A DNA stretch of 64,000 bases, from positions 3,318,662-3,382,661 of the forward strand of contig OZ037770.1 in NCBI GenBank assembly GCA_964035545.1, written 5' to 3'. This document shows, piece after piece, positions 45,908 through 60,849 of this stretch. The notes below the pieces were generated by a model. That model had not been told where the DNA came from. It saw only the letters and a program-made list of their open reading frames with translations, and did not search any database. The position numbers and the translations under genes are program-made. The stretch's first letter is position 1. Each line of letters starts with the position of its first letter. The DNA comes from Bugula neritina. Its lineage: Eukaryota; Animalia; Bryozoa.

Positions 45908-48665
45908 TCACTGCGAGCTTCTCAACTTCTTGGACTGACTTCTCTTGGGGAAATGTTTTGTGAGCTGAGGTGAAGCTGGCCTCTTTTTATGGCTGTAGTA
46001 ATCTGTAATACATAGTGACAGTGTGTAACTCACGCAGAGCAGCAGTTCTACATAAGTTGTGACATGAAAACAGTAGGGGTAGTGGTATTCATAGCGGCAG
46101 CAACAGCAGCAGCAGTAGTAGTACTAGTAGTTGTAGTAGTACTAGTAGTTGTAGTAGCACTAGTAGTACTAGCAGTAGTAGCAGTAGTAGCAGTAGTAGT
46201 AGTAATAGTAGTGGCAGCAGTAGTAATAGTAGTAGTAGCAGCAGCAGTAGTAGTAATAGTAGTAGTAGTAGTAGTGGTAGTAGTAGTAGCAGCAGCAGTA
46301 GTAGTAGTAGTAGTATTAGTAGTAGTAGAGAAAGCCGATGTGAAAAGCTGTTGAAATACTCCATCAAACCGACTCAGGAGCAAATCCCCTCTACAGGCCA
46401 CAGCTATTATAATGATACTACCACATCATGCCACAGAGATTGCATAATCTGTAGCTACTCAGGGAACAAACTACTATGTGGAGGTTAGTCACTACCAAGT
46501 AGAGATCTTATCTGACATCCACGACAAATTTATTAGCAACAAGTAAGTATGAATTTACAACTGGTGCACCTAAGATACTTGTAGTTCACAATACGCTTTC
46601 ACCCATAAATCACACTAATATCCCGCTGATATTAAGATATGTAGAACGGTGCAGTTGACTAAACACAGTGTGACATGCCTGGAGTAGTGACTCGATACTG
46701 CACATTTCTCATACAACTTCTGACACAATTAGCTAATGATGACAGTTTATAGAAGGTAATGATACCTGACATCAGATAATGGGCCTATTATCAGGACTAA
46801 AGGCTCGCAGTCACATGCTATCAGAAGTGGCATAATGACCTACACAAAAGGATAATGTTTTGTGAATAGTTGGTATTTATAGATTTTATATGTTAGGTCA
46901 CAGGCAACAGGCATACTATTTACTTACAAATACTGAAGTAAGGTCTGCCAGTTATTAGCTCAAGTTATGAGAAACTAGACAGGGCTGAAGGCTACTAGTT
47001 GAACGTGGAGTACCAGTGTGAGAAAATGCCAGCAGTGTTTGCTCAAATAGTTTTATTTTAATAGCCAAATGCATTACATAAATCATGTGGTGTAAAATTA
47101 GGCATCTGAAAACTGAATATTCTGAATTCGATTTGATTAAATTTTGAAAAATATATTTAGTTAATAAATTTGGTATACGAGATACAATTTTGATTTAGAA
47201 AAAACTTGCATTCTACTGAGCTTGAAAGTGACTGAAAAAGTGATGTGGGTGGTTTGGCCTTCTCTAGCTATTTGCATATTCTCTACTGGTCAAACTAACA
47301 TCAGTGACTCAGCTCAGATTTAACCGTGGGATATAAAAGCCACGTAATTTGAGGTCATAAATCAATCGAATGTACGAGGGATGAGCTGAGCATGACATCA
47401 TCTCGGGCTATTGAGGTCACTGGGGAGAATAACACAGTATTAGCAGATTGAACGGGCACTTGAGTAGTTAATTGAGAGCCAGAAATTAAGTGAACACAGA
47501 ATAAGGAAACTCCTGCAACCCAGCCGAGCGGCTGACAAGTGCTATTTGAGTAATGATTTTGCAACAATTACAATGCACTGGCAGAGAAGTCACACGAGTG
47601 ACGTAGAGTAACTGAGATAAATGGAAGAGACAAGCATGCTTAGTTGGCAAAAACTAGTAAAAGTTATAGAAATAATTTCAATTAGTATAATTTTGGTTAA
47701 CTCATGGGAACCCATAAATGATATTTCACCTCTCTAAGACATGGCCATGGAGCAAACTATACAAAACAAGCTAAACCAACTGAAATGAAACTTCACTAAA
47801 TCTAAATCAACTCCTAATTGTAGAGTAGCATTTAATTGATAAATCTGGTAAACAAAAAGTTTCCCCTTTGTTTCGGTTCCGAGCTATAAGTATAATCACC
47901 TAACATAAACTGTTCAACATAAACACGAGACTAAGTATAATATTTAATCTATATCTAGTGGCGAAAGGATGATTGGAATGAAGAGATATTTTGATCAGCG
48001 AAACAGAAATATCAATGCAGACGACAATGATTGAAGAGGCAGTTCAGCAAATACTGAGAGTAAGAGCGAAGAGGGAATGAATATCAGCATGAAAACCCAC
48101 AGTGAACTAGAATACCAATCACATTAGTCAACAGAACCAATCTCAAGTGTGATAGCACAAAAGTCCGGGTGCTGGTTAATTAAAATTGATTACAGTTACC
48201 AACAGAATTCAAAGAAAACTCACCTGTAATTTGCCTCTGGGGTCGTAAATTGGGTTTCTTGAATTTAGAGCTCCTTTTAACATTTTTATCACGAGAATTA
48301 TCCAGTATGGTTATCTGTGGTGGCGAGGCTGTGGGAGATGGAACTAGCTGAACCTCGGAGTCCTCCGCCTTGGCAGATGTAGAAGTGGAAAGTGGTGGTA
48401 AGCATGGTGGTGGCACAGGTTGTGATTCAGGGACCATTTCCCACTGGTATCTACTTTCTGCACTAAAAAGTGGTTGTCCTCTATCGAAGTCAAAGTTGTA
48501 TTTCTCACGACTTTCCTTACTTAGATTAGCCATATGTTTTAGTAGCTCAGCTCGGACTTCGGCTCGATCTGGAATCCCAAAGAGGCATCTTTTGACAGGA
48601 GAAGATTTAGCATCCACTAAAGCTCTATAATCGATTGCTGGGTTGACAGGCATTGTGTTTAGCAT
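45908..48665 (-). CDS. CDKN1: Cip/Kip cyclin-dependent kinase inhibitor (p21/p27/Dacapo-like), 2 coding exons, 178 aa
   Basis: Exon 1 48665-48224 has the CDI domain (VKRCLFG...KYNFDF..GQPL...YQWE) and donor gtgagt. Exon 2 46002-45908 follows tattacag in phase 1 and completes QRQITD-YYSHKKRPASPQLTKHFPKRSQSKKLRSSQ*. Family-level symbol only. Confidence 0.92.
46095..46328. repeat. (GTA/GCA)n trinucleotide repeat in the CDK inhibitor intron
   Basis: Read directly. It explains the poly-T/V/L ORFs. Confidence 0.95.
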
Positions 48666-50070
48666 TAGTGTAAAAATATGGTACGATTCGGATTACAGTG
48701 ATAATATCAAAGTGAGAAAGTTAATGCAGGCGACGATTGCGAACGTGACTAAAATAAAACAAGTTTTGTTGAACACGTTGATATATATCAACGTAGCGCA
48801 GCTCTTCGTGTACCATTTTGAAGTTCGTCCAGTTTTTCGCCATCCTGCAATTTCATTCGACCATTAGCGAAAGTAGGCGGAGATACATAAGAATAGAACC
48901 GCCTATGAAAACAAAAAGAAACTTCAATACATTTGATACTAAAGCAAGGCACTAATTCAATCTAATTGCATATAAGAAAACAGAAGTTTCTTCATTAGTT
49001 ACATTCATGCAAGCAGACAAACATCTATATTTCAAGCTAATTTATTTTTATCTTCGTAACAATACTGCATAATTATATCTTTCAAAGGAAGGAGTTGTAC
49101 AATTTGAATAACTTCATCTGAAAGGAGGAAGTTGAAGGCAATTGATCAAAGATGGCAGTTGTTGCATCAGTAAAACAACGCAAACATTAGGAAAACACCA
49201 AAGAGTTTAAATTAAATTGGTGGTTTGTTGAGTTATATTGATGCCAGTTTACATGTAATAAAGGCAAACTTTAAACAAAGTCATACATATTGGAAAATCT
49301 TACTTCTCAAACTAATCATCAAGATTATTAGTTCCCATTTGCTAATAAATAAAGAATCATAGTAAAACAACCAAATTTGCAAAAGCTAGGCAGTATTAAT
49401 ATCGAAAATAAATATGCTTTCAGAAGTAGTGATATATTTTTACGAGAAAAAAGTTTAAACTTGCTCTGAAGTAGTCGAATTGCATATTCAGTACTTTTCT
49501 ATTGGATTTTATTACTGCATGTCTTTAAGTTCCATGCCATTTATATGAAGCATTCACAATACAAAATATGGTAAAATATACTGAGATAAAATACTAGAAA
49601 AGGTTGAGGAAAAATATTCATTGAAAATAAGCCACATAAACTTGAAGCAAAAAGATGCAACATTTGCAAGCAAACAACTGGCAATGAACTGCCCATGTAT
49701 AATTAAATGAATTTATTAAAAATTCAAATCCTGTTACATCTTCTACTATTACTAGAAATATAGTTTGACTTTGATTAATTACGATATCATTACTTGGAAA
49801 ATTGCCAGGTTTCTCCCAATGAGTTTAACCCGGCACAATACAGATATCTAAAAATATGCCGATTAAGTCCTTCACATGCCTGACAAGTTTAACTGGAAAA
49901 AACAAGCTGGTAGCATTATCTACCACAGAGTGCAAACGTGCCAACAGTGACATAGTTAAGTAACAGCATCTGTTGAGATGAACCCAAGTAATTATTTGAA
50001 CTCAACTGTAACCAAATCTTTATCCCATCAGGCTTAACAGATTAGGGAATGAGAGGTGTCTAACCTATAC

Positions 50071-50351
50071 CCCCTAGACACACTTTGCAGTATCGTAAGC
50101 CAGCAAATGTCAGCCATTTTTACAAATGTCTGAGCTTCCTGTAAGGAATTGCGGAAAGTTAGGATCAAGCAGTGCTTGATTAAAAAAAGTTGTGGCAGGC
50201 GCCTATTGAGCAGAAAGACGTAGCGTCATCTGATTGGATATAAATGTCCAATGAGGTAACAGATCATACTAAATAGCGCACTTTGAGAACTTCAGCCAGC
50301 ACACATTAAAAATGGCTGACATTTTACGTTACGGCCAAGTGTGTCCAGGAG
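50071..50351. mobile_element. MITE-like element with ~45-bp imperfect TIRs
   Basis: ccctagacacactttgcagtatcgtaa...aaatgtcagccatttt versus aaaatggctgacattttacgttacggccaagtgtgtccagga. Confidence 0.7.
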
Positions 50352-53300
50352 GATAAACTGCTCAGTGCCATGTGCAGGCTAGGGAGGGCTACTGGTGACA
50401 GAATTTTGTAGGTTAAACCCAATAAAAATCAACACACTGGAAAGCCAGAAGAAGAAACGAAATAACACTAAAATTGTAATTTGTTAATTTAGAGAAATAT
50501 CTGGATATGTACAACATATGATGCTTGCTTCAAACCAGACCGCATAAGTAGTAATAAGAGAGCTTTTGCAATGCTAAGCATGATATTGGCTACTATATAT
50601 ATTAGCTATTCACTGATTACACTGAGTATAGCCAGTTTAGTCATAGAGCTGTTAAAAAGAGCTACACTGTGGAACTTTTGGCTAAAGCATTTTCGATTGT
50701 CAAAGTTATTTAATTTCCCTTATGAATTTCAGTTTGAGGCCAGAGTTGAAATAACCTTAAGAACAAGCTTTCTACTATTGTATATCTCACCTGGAACACA
50801 GGCTTTGCCCAATTTTTCATTACTGCAGCACAAGTCTTAGGAAGTTTGAATTTCAACTCGTGCCTAAACCAAAATTTAATAAAAAAATTTAAGAACTTAG
50901 GCTATTGCAGTTTCTTGACTACTGCTCCTAAATGAAGCAAAATTGGTAAGTAACACACTATTTACAGCAGTTTTAAGATATGGTATTTTATTGCAAGTTT
51001 GAGTGAAAAACTGCTTAGATAAAAAGAGTGATTCAATTGATAGCTTCTTCACAGTAAAAATTGTGACTATCGTAAAACTGAGTTAAAGATACATTTGATA
51101 CAGTAAGATTAGTAAAGAAATGTACTTATTTACGGTTTCGTCCCAGATAGACGATAGGCTAAATTTCCCACTTGGACGCTTCCCAGTTAGATGCTATTTT
51201 GTATTTTAGTGCCATATAAATACATACTTTTCGACTTGCTCAACTAACCCAAGCAACCAGGTTTACGTAATGCCACATTATATAATCAATTTTGGACTTC
51301 AAGAGATATTTTGGGTGTTGATGTTTTTCTGAAAAGTTTCGCCAAAACACTGCAAGATTTTACTGCAACTTTCCAACCTAAACAGGTGGCTGCTAGGGCT
51401 GGGATGAAAGAACTTCCCCCAATATTCCCACACGTAGCATAGATTTGAGCAATAAACCAGTGAGACACTAGAATCTAGATGAAGACTTTTTCTTGAAAAT
51501 TTTCCAATAAAAAGTAGGATTACAAGAACATAGAAGAGCTAATAGTTCGATCAGAACCCATGCATAAGCCACCCTGGCAAACAACATTGAGCTGTTTGTA
51601 CAGTTACAAAAACTTGCCCGAACATGTTGAGCATTGGAAAAATGAAACCAGGATGCAGGCTGAATAACAAGTTTAACATGAACTGGCATTTTATTAGTAG
51701 AGAGTATAAATAAAATAACTGGCAAACAAGGATAATGGAATGTTATTTGAACACAGATAGGAAGTATTATTTATATAATGTTACTGTCATTTACTGATAA
51801 CCATATAATAATAATTATAATTATTTTGTTCAATGGGTACCAATTTAAAATAAAATGCCTGTTGTACAGGTGGAGATGTTATTTAAACATTGTTATGCTA
51901 GAAGGCGCAAGTCATGTGTTACAGACTAAGTGAAACTGACGTGAACTGCACGAAATTTTGAGTTAAACTAAAGATTTGAAACTCCGGACAAACTGATTTG
52001 TCAATGTTTTTAAAATATAGTTTTTTTTCTAGACATGAGATAGTTATGAGTGGTTTTGAGCTTCCCTACTTTTTCTGCAAAATAATCACCTTCACAAGCC
52101 GCAAATCATCCCGACTGCAAGTCAATTGGAAAATAATTACTAAATACTTCAGCAGTGAATGGAAAAATAATTATAAACAAAAACTGAAAGTATTCTACCA
52201 TCCGGGTTTTTGTGTACTTGTAGCGTGGACACTGAATGCATTAGAAGTATATACACCTTATATCTTTAGAGGTCTATGAATGTATTGTGTAACTAAATGA
52301 CACCCCAAGAGGCTGGTTTGAACCCATTTGTAATCCTACATTATAAACAGACATTTTACAACTGTACTATATTTATTGGAACCCATAAGTTTACCACTCT
52401 TTGGTAGAGAAAAATAGTGCCAAGTGTACAATCCTTCACTTTAATTTTATCAGACTCCTGCAGTAGTTTGTGTGTAGAGACAATACCAGTTATTAATTAG
52501 AATAAATATACATCCACTGAAAAAGTAACGAGTTTTAGTTAATTTAACTCCCTAGAGAACCCCTTTATAGTTTACTGAAACTGGTTGAAATCGTATTGAT
52601 GCAGAAGCATGCCTTCTAATGATAAAATATGACTCGCTTAATTGCTATTCGATGCCCTTTGAAAACGTAATGAATCTGTAAAGTAAACAGATTAAAAGTG
52701 ATATTTGAGAACAGTAGCTGATAGAATCACAAAAAATGAAACTTTTACTATCAAAATAAATACGATATCTACAAGGATTTATCACTCCTTTAGTCATTAT
52801 TCTAAAATCGTTGATTATTTTATTGAGAGACAAGACAGTTCGATTAGTGACTTTGACAGAGCAATGCAAGTTTTCAACGCAACGAATTTTAGCTTTTGAA
52901 AAGGTTTAAGACTGACAAGTCAGCATATAGCATTGACCACTGACCAGCATAGAGTGTAGACAGCTGACTAATGGTGTCATCGTATTTGTAGGGTGTTTAA
53001 TCGCGGCCTGATCTGTCAAAGGGGCTACTGTGCAAATACAATAGCTATAGACAACTATTCACACTAATCCAATGATACTCTCTACAAATCATCGGCAATG
53101 CTCATCTTCAACTGTGTCTCAGTAAGTTAATTAATTCATAAGTTATCTCAAATATTTTCAGGTACCGCCTTTCACGTGAGAGTGTTGAGGGTAACAGAAG
53201 TTAAACAATGAAGTTGCAGATTAACTATATAAGCCCCTGTGTTGCCACCTCCGAGACTAAAGAAACTAGATTTGTATCAGCTTAGAGCGGGCATCCATCA

Positions 53301-56300
53301 GTAAGTGTTATCGCATGTGCAGTTAATTAGATTCCCTGCAACAACAGCTGCGTCTCTGTAATTATCATCAAAATCTCGTTTAGCCTGGGTTCTAGAGCCA
53401 CTGACTATGTAGAGGGAATCAATTGAGACCCCCCAACAGCTACAGAGCAGTGAGTAACAGCAATAACTGAGGCTGAGTCGTATCGTGTGAGCAGTAACAG
53501 CTGTTACATTGTTATACGCCTCACACTGTAATAAATTCGATACATTTACTGTTTTTATTTTCAGAAAGTAATGAATTTTGATATGGGCTAATTTTCGTTT
53601 TCCACAATTAATAACCCAAGATTGCTGGATTTTTTTTTACCCCAATGCATCAAATTACTGACTAGAAACAAGACTGAGGTCCAAACAGGATATAGACATA
53701 AATATAGTAGACATGTGTAACTTTGAGAACTATCTTTGATATGAGAGTTGAAAATATCGAAGTTTCATGCCAAAGATTGAGTGTTAGAAACCAGACACCT
53801 ATATACCACCAACACTGTCCATTTACATAAGTAGAACATAGGTGACACAAACTATACTCTCTGCTGACTATTTCCACAGCAAGTCATCACTGCTAACAGC
53901 TTCATTGACTACAGAATAATCTTTTATAAGTAAAGTTCAGCTACTTTTTTAGGAAGCCTATATTGATAAAACAGGCACTTGCCATTATTCAGGGAAGATG
54001 GAAAAATTGATGTGTTATTTTTATTGTTGTCGTTAAGATTGTGTTTTCTAGTGTAGTTAGACTCAACCTTCGATTTCCCTAGCAACAGTAACTATGTTCA
54101 TAAACATGTTGTCAGATATTTCCCTGCCATAGACAACAAATCATAACTTAAAATGCTACTGTCAGAGAAATTAATGTTAATTATGCATTATGGCAATTTA
54201 TAGCGCACCTGGCAGGATGTTTCACCATTCTTTATGCCAAAACTACAAAAAGAGAAATCAGAACCAAAAAAGGCAATTCACCAGTTCTACCACTATTCCA
54301 ATGAATTTTTCATTTGGAAACAGTTGCATCGAATGAAACCCCAACCATACGTTCATGTAAATCAACAAATTCATTCGTTTGAATCGCAGTGTATGTAATT
54401 TTGTAAAGCAAATTTTTAAACAGCATAGCACACATCTTTTGGCACCCAATAGCTACACATAGTTATATAACCATCTGCCTTTCTACTTGAAAATGTCAAG
54501 TGAATAAACAAACAACCAGTATTTTGCCAAAAGCCACGACTGTAAAGCAATATTTGTTAATAGCATTGTGCTGTGTTGATGTAAATCATAGGTGATGAGA
54601 TGAGTTGATATTTGCCAAAGAACCTCTTCAGATGTTTAGTTAGAAGATTATTATACTGTAAGATGTGTAGACAAGTGGTTTAGCCTACTAGCTGACAGCC
54701 TATTATGTGACTGAGGCATCTTCAGCCATTGTTTAGTGTCATTGTAACAGGCCTGGAGGTAATATTGAAGTTTAAAATATAAACATTTTACCACTTGCAG
54801 TCAACTGAGCCTAAACAATATTCATATTACATAATACTGAAGGATCATATGCTGATGAAAGGTGAGACAACATTGATTGGCTGACATAAACACTCCCAAA
54901 ACAAGAGAAATGACAGTAGCTTGGTTATTCAAAGTAGACCAGTTTTCAACAAGCAGTTTCACAAGTTTCACCAGTACGAAAAACCGTAACATTCGAAATC
55001 CAAATTAGCTAAATAAATAGGAAAAACATGGGAAATGAAGCAAAATTAAGAACCTTTATTATTTAGTTGTATTTATTGATCTTTTACAAGTTTTGAGCAA
55101 AACCCATGTTCACTACCATCTAAATTGTGAAAAATAGCTAAAAACTGGAGATTTCCAGTGTGTACTAAATTAAGTAAAATGACCAAGTATAGTTTTGACT
55201 GGAAATATTTTTGCTCCTTTCCCCTTACACCCCCCACATTTAGTTAACATATTCACCCCTGTGAGACCCCTGACTGCAAGGGTGAGCTAGAGTTTGAAGT
55301 ATTGCAAAGTAGCACAGGGTCAACTATGACTTGATGCCTTTTCTGACATAACCCAAGACCTAATCAACCCAAGACCTGATTGGCCAGGCATAGTTATTAC
55401 ATATAGCACTCATCTCACCTCAACCAACCTTGTCTTTCTATACATTCTATTTTTATTACTCCACCTGCAGGCACCCAGCATGTATTTTTCTGCCCAATGA
55501 TGATGAAAACAACATTTGGAAATGTTTTTGTGATGATAAATTATTAGGCTCAGACTGACACAGAGAAAACAAAAGAAAATTATTGCTTACAACTGCTAGA
55601 TTTCTTCAATTCTATAGAGACTGGGGATAATAATAAGTTTTACTTGCAGTATTATATTTGGCTAGTAGTAAATAGTTATTAGTAGTTTAAATATCATCTA
55701 TACTTCAACACATCTATGGTTTGAATCCCCATATCACTGACTGGAAAGATAATTGACTTAATATGATCATCAGAAATTAACAAATCTAAAGCATTTATCT
55801 AATATAATACGTGCAGTAACAGGGGAAAATCCGATAGCCTAAATTCCTTAATATTTTTTAATAAAGTTTAGTTTGGGGTAAAAGGTTGAATTCTCAAGAG
55901 TACATAACTTCCTTTGCCTTTCCTTTCCCTGCATTTACATCACCTGGTCTAGTGAAGAGTGACTGTAGCTAGGTAGATATCATATACTATTCATGCAAGA
56001 GACAGAACAACTAAAAGAATACTTCTTAGCCACCTGAATTTAACTTATTAATAGAAATAAAATTAAAACATCGTTGCATAAAGTATTAATAAATAAACGG
56101 TCTACTTTTAATATACTTTTAGTATATATTTAATTTTAGAAGCAAATAAAACTGGTTGTAGTATAGCAATAACCAAAGTGTTCATAATTATTATTCACCA
56201 CCTTTTGATGAAGGTTGCTCCATGCTAAGAGGTGAGCCTGTGAGCACATGCCAAAACATAGATGATGAACCATTGAAAATTAGTAAAAACCCTACAGGAT

Positions 56301-56454
56301 AACAATGCAAGGAGCATAGGCTAAAATATCCCTGCTACTTTAGGTTATTGGTTGCCCATTTTGTCTGCATGACGTTCAGAAAACCAACTTAAGAATTGGA
56401 GGTTTCCACACAGAGATTGTTGACTGAACAAATATAAATAAGAGTGTTTAGTGA

Positions 56455-56640
56455 GTAGTGGCAACACAAAAGGTCAAGGGGTTATAGCATTTGCTTAAAC
56501 ATGGGTTCAACCCCCACAAAGGCCATTGGTGATGTTAATTGCTCCTGTGCCTCATCTGAATAAAACCCTTAGCCTGATTTAACAAAAACCCTTTCCATCA
56601 GGGGTTTCTCACAGGGATAGCGACTATAAACTTGTGTGAG
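56455..56640 (+). mobile_element. SINE family 1
   Basis: Degenerate head with the conserved 3' half aacaaaaaccctttccatcaggggtttctcacagggatagcgactataaacttg. Confidence 0.8.
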
Positions 56641-59600
56641 GAGAAACACAAAAGATATGATTACAAACGTATACTATGATTCATCTAGTGGAATTCCCTG
56701 TAGCAGTTATGGAAAACAAAAGAGTGAAAAGGGGTGTCTCAGTATTAGGAGTGTACATTTCAGCCCATAAATAACAAAACTCCAAATTCATAGCATTTTG
56801 TAGCAAATTATTCGAAGTAGTTGGTGGATCAAATCACCAAGAAGATGCATATTTACTGAATCTGTTTGCATAAAACCAGAAAAGTACATTTTATCATATA
56901 GAACGCCAATCAGTATTTGAATGCATGCTTGTGAGGTTAAATGGTAGCTTTTATGAACCTTTTTAGTCTTCTTGCACCCTAGAAAATATTTCATAAAAAT
57001 TGATGAGCTTCATCAGCTGGTTTCAAGGTTTTGAAATGATATGAAAAGTGCTAAGCTATTAGGACTATTAGAGTCTAGACTAAACTGAGCAATTAGTCAG
57101 TTACAAAATTGTGACATGTCTCACCTGCCAGCTGATGGCACACGCAGACACCTGCTCTGTATGCCAACCCCAACAGTCTATGGCCACCTAATTTATACAT
57201 TGTATCACTACAATACTGTAAATGTATAATTAACTCCATTTTGCAATATGGATTAACATATGTATATTGTAATGAAGTATTTTTTGTTATCAAATATTAA
57301 TAATATTTGATTATCTGGTATCAAATATTGCTGGCTTTATAATAAATTTCAAGAATTTTAAAATGTGATTTTCACAACAGTTTTAATTAAAAATGGCAGT
57401 CAAGGCAAAAGTTGGAACACTTGTTGCTATTTAATTCAAAGCAAAGTTGATTTGAATGAGTTAATCAATTTCAACAGGAGTTATCTGCTTTGTGAAATGC
57501 AAGCTTGTGAGAAGACAACTTCGTAAAAAGTATTATGTCGTCTGTTTCAATTTGTATGTGAAAGTTATGATATGAATATAGAAAGTAATACAGATATAAT
57601 ATGAAGACAATGTGCAGTAATGAAACACCAGCCTTGAAGTAATGCCTAGCCCTGAATAAATCAAAAATCTATGCAATAGACAGAAAGTACTTTGGCTACA
57701 GCATCTTTAGTGACACCAGAAACTGAATGTGAGGGGTTGTGTGCTACAGTTATTACTGCAAACTTTACAATAGCATTGCTACTCATATTAAGTCCTGTTG
57801 TCTTTATTAAATGTTATAGGCACTGCTTAAATACCATAGACTGAAATTACACCCCCTTCCCCCCTCTAACAGTCTGAACTAGATTTAAGCACCAGAATTA
57901 CACCAAATTAAGTCAAGGGTTCACCAAGCTCCATTGAGGGCAAAAAATATTTGGATTCACTCAACAACCTGAGTCAACCTAAAAAGGCTTTAGGGAACAT
58001 CAGCTGAGCATTTCACTTTAGAAAAGTACGAACTCTTGCTCTAAATGCTGCATGCTAAAAAATTGAAATGTTGACTTGCCAAAAGTACAAAGGCTTCAAG
58101 AATGTCACTAAAAATTATCTAGTAAATAAATTGACTGAGTAAAATTTAATTCCCTAAGCATGCTGACTTGAGTCAAAGAGTTTCAAAATTACTTAAGACT
58201 TCGCCATGTACTTGATTTGATTAGGTTTTGTAAGTTAAAATCAATTGCGCAAGTTCTCAACAAGCAAATAAAAATGAATACCTGCATATAACTGATGATG
58301 ACCCAGCCTCAAGCTAGCTATAGAAAGAAGTCTCCAAGAGTCAAAATGTCACGGGTAGAAGACAAAAATCAGGCGTATTGCTAAGAAAAGAAAAAAAATA
58401 GTTATAGTTTGACTTACTGACTTGTTTACTTAAGTTATTTTAGGAAAATAGTTACGAAAAGACAATGCAGTGGAATAATAAACCATGTACTAGAAAAAGG
58501 CTGTTTAACATTGCTGCAATTGGGTACATGGTTTTCTTTACAACACTGAGTCACAGAGTAATTAGAAAAATAAAAATTTACTAAAAAAAATTAGGGACAA
58601 ACGTGGCCTGAGTGCAAAGATTAGATCTAGTCATCTACCTGTTTATCTTATTGCTTCGAAGAGCAGGTAGTGATGCTTACACTCTTAACATTTACTGTTG
58701 TGCTAGGTTAACTGAGTCAGTCTGCACAGATGAAAACAAACTCAATACTTGGCTGATGGTGCATACAGTAGTTGCTAGTTTACTCCAGAACAAACGAACT
58801 ATTTATGGGTTAAAAGCAGCAGTAAATGGCACAAAAATCCTTCAGGACATGTAATAGAGAATGATAAATATATCAATATATGAACCTTCATAACTCAACG
58901 TGATAGCTAAGCCAAACTGAAAGCTACAGAAGCAAGTTAGAAGTTGGGACTATGCCTGATAATAAAGGCAACAAGTATTAATAATTAGCATTGTTGTACC
59001 TGAAATGTTAAAATGCCAAAAATTGTAAAAATTCAGCAGAAGAATGTAACAATTAGAGAAAATTTAATAAGTTTGTTAGCTATCCCTTTCGATAGTTCCC
59101 ACATTTGAGGTTGAGAAGCTGGCCAGTAATTGTAAGTGCTTCAAACTCACGTAAAACTAAATCTACTTTAAAAGTTCTTGAAATTCAAATTGAAAGTCAA
59201 AACTAAGTGATTGTTGATGGTTGAAGCAATATTAACATGAAATTGAATATTACCAATATTCAATGCAAATTTCAATAGGAGGAAGCAATTGGAGTTAGCA
59301 CTAGTAACTAATAGTTCTAGTAATACTTATAGTTTATTACCTCATAACTTATTATTATTTGATAATAGTATTAATGTGTATTTAATTATATAGTCAATGC
59401 AGACATGCCATAAATTTACAGATACTAAATTATTACTAAAAGTAAATTACTTATGACTTATCACTATAACTATGAGACTGACTCACTGACCAGTAGTGAC
59501 AAGCATGAGCGATAAAAGTTGAAATTTTTATATAATACCTGATCATAATGACTTTGCAAGTGTAAAAAAGCTAGTTATTGCTATCATTAAACTAAAACTT

Positions 59601-60076
59601 TTTATATGAACATTATATGAACATTAAATTGATATTCCAGTGATTGCTATCAAAATAAATATCAGTGTCATCATTATTATTATAATTATACGATATCACC
59701 CACCTACTCACTCCTAGGCCGACGGCTATGTTTACAGTTACTGGATACTACTATTACACTACTATAGGTCTAGTCTTTGGCATTAATAGTTGTACTAGTA
59801 GTAGAGTTCTACTGCTACTAGTATACTAGCAGTAATACTAGTAGTAGTAAACCTACTTTTAGCATTTTCATTCTTTTCTACTTTTATGTAGAACATGATT
59901 CTCAATCTAAGTCGTGCCTACGGCTACTCCTAGACCTGCTGACAGTAAGCGTGATTGTTGTCGTTGGTGAACTGTTCCAGTCCTCCTCACTGAGTTTTCA
60001 ATATCATCATGATTACATACTTTTAGTTTTACTGTTGATTTACTAAAATTAATATTATAGTCTGTAGGTATAGTCG

Positions 60077-60509
60077 GGTGCAGGTCATTTTGTACACAAG
60101 TCGTTTTGTACACAAGTCGTTTTGTACACAAGTCGTTTTGTACTCACTTTTTCAGGTCATTTTGTGCACATCAATATAAAGTTACTAAAATACATATTTC
60201 TTGATACGTAGCTTGCACATTTAATTTTGCAGCATGCATATTTATTTTTGTGATAGAGAGAACTACTCTTTCGGTTTGGATATTCATATTGTTATCAGTA
60301 GAGAAATTAGTATAAAATAATGATCAATAGGTGACATGGAGGTGTGAAAGATACATGCTGAGATGCAATAAATAAGTAAACGAGTATCATTCAAGTAGTT
60401 ATCTAGTGGAATAATTTATTATTTACTTTGTGTACAAAATGGAGAGCAGTTTAGGTACGAAACAACCATTTTGAATACGAAATGACTTGTATACAAAACG
60501 ACAGTAACC
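60077..60509. mobile_element. Non-autonomous DNA element with 16-bp subterminal tandem repeats
   Basis: (gtcgttttgtacacaa)x4 at the left end and inverted degenerate copies (tgtacaaaat, tacgaaatgacttgtatacaaaacgac) at the right end. Confidence 0.7.
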
Positions 60510-60849
60510 TGTATAGTGATAGCGATGGGCCAAACTAGAACTCGCACTGATACTTAGGCCATAAGCCTTTGGGCTAGATATAGTGATACTGATAGAACTA
60601 GCCTAGGACTATGAGTAGGTGAACATAATTGGTGCACTGATTCACTTATACTTAGCCTATAGTTATAATAATACTTATAGTGACACCATTATGATTAACT
60701 TCTAGTTTAACTGATGAGAGATAAGTTATCCGTCATAAATGATAAGATTAAGTGTTCATATTAATATTGACAATGATATTTATTTTCATAAGTCATCATT
60801 TTAATAACAATTATAACTATAAGATATTTAGTATAGACTATAAACTAAA

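Noticed and set aside
49872-49890. p53 response element upstream of the CDK inhibitor (tcacatgcctgacaagttt)
   Set aside because: The half-sites overlap by one base and the first has two mismatches, so it is not a canonical RRRCWWGYYY dimer.
50571-58854. Short ORFs of 60-93 aa in the 49-61 kb interval
   Set aside because: No recognisable domains, many non-ATG starts, and no consistent splice-linked exon chain.
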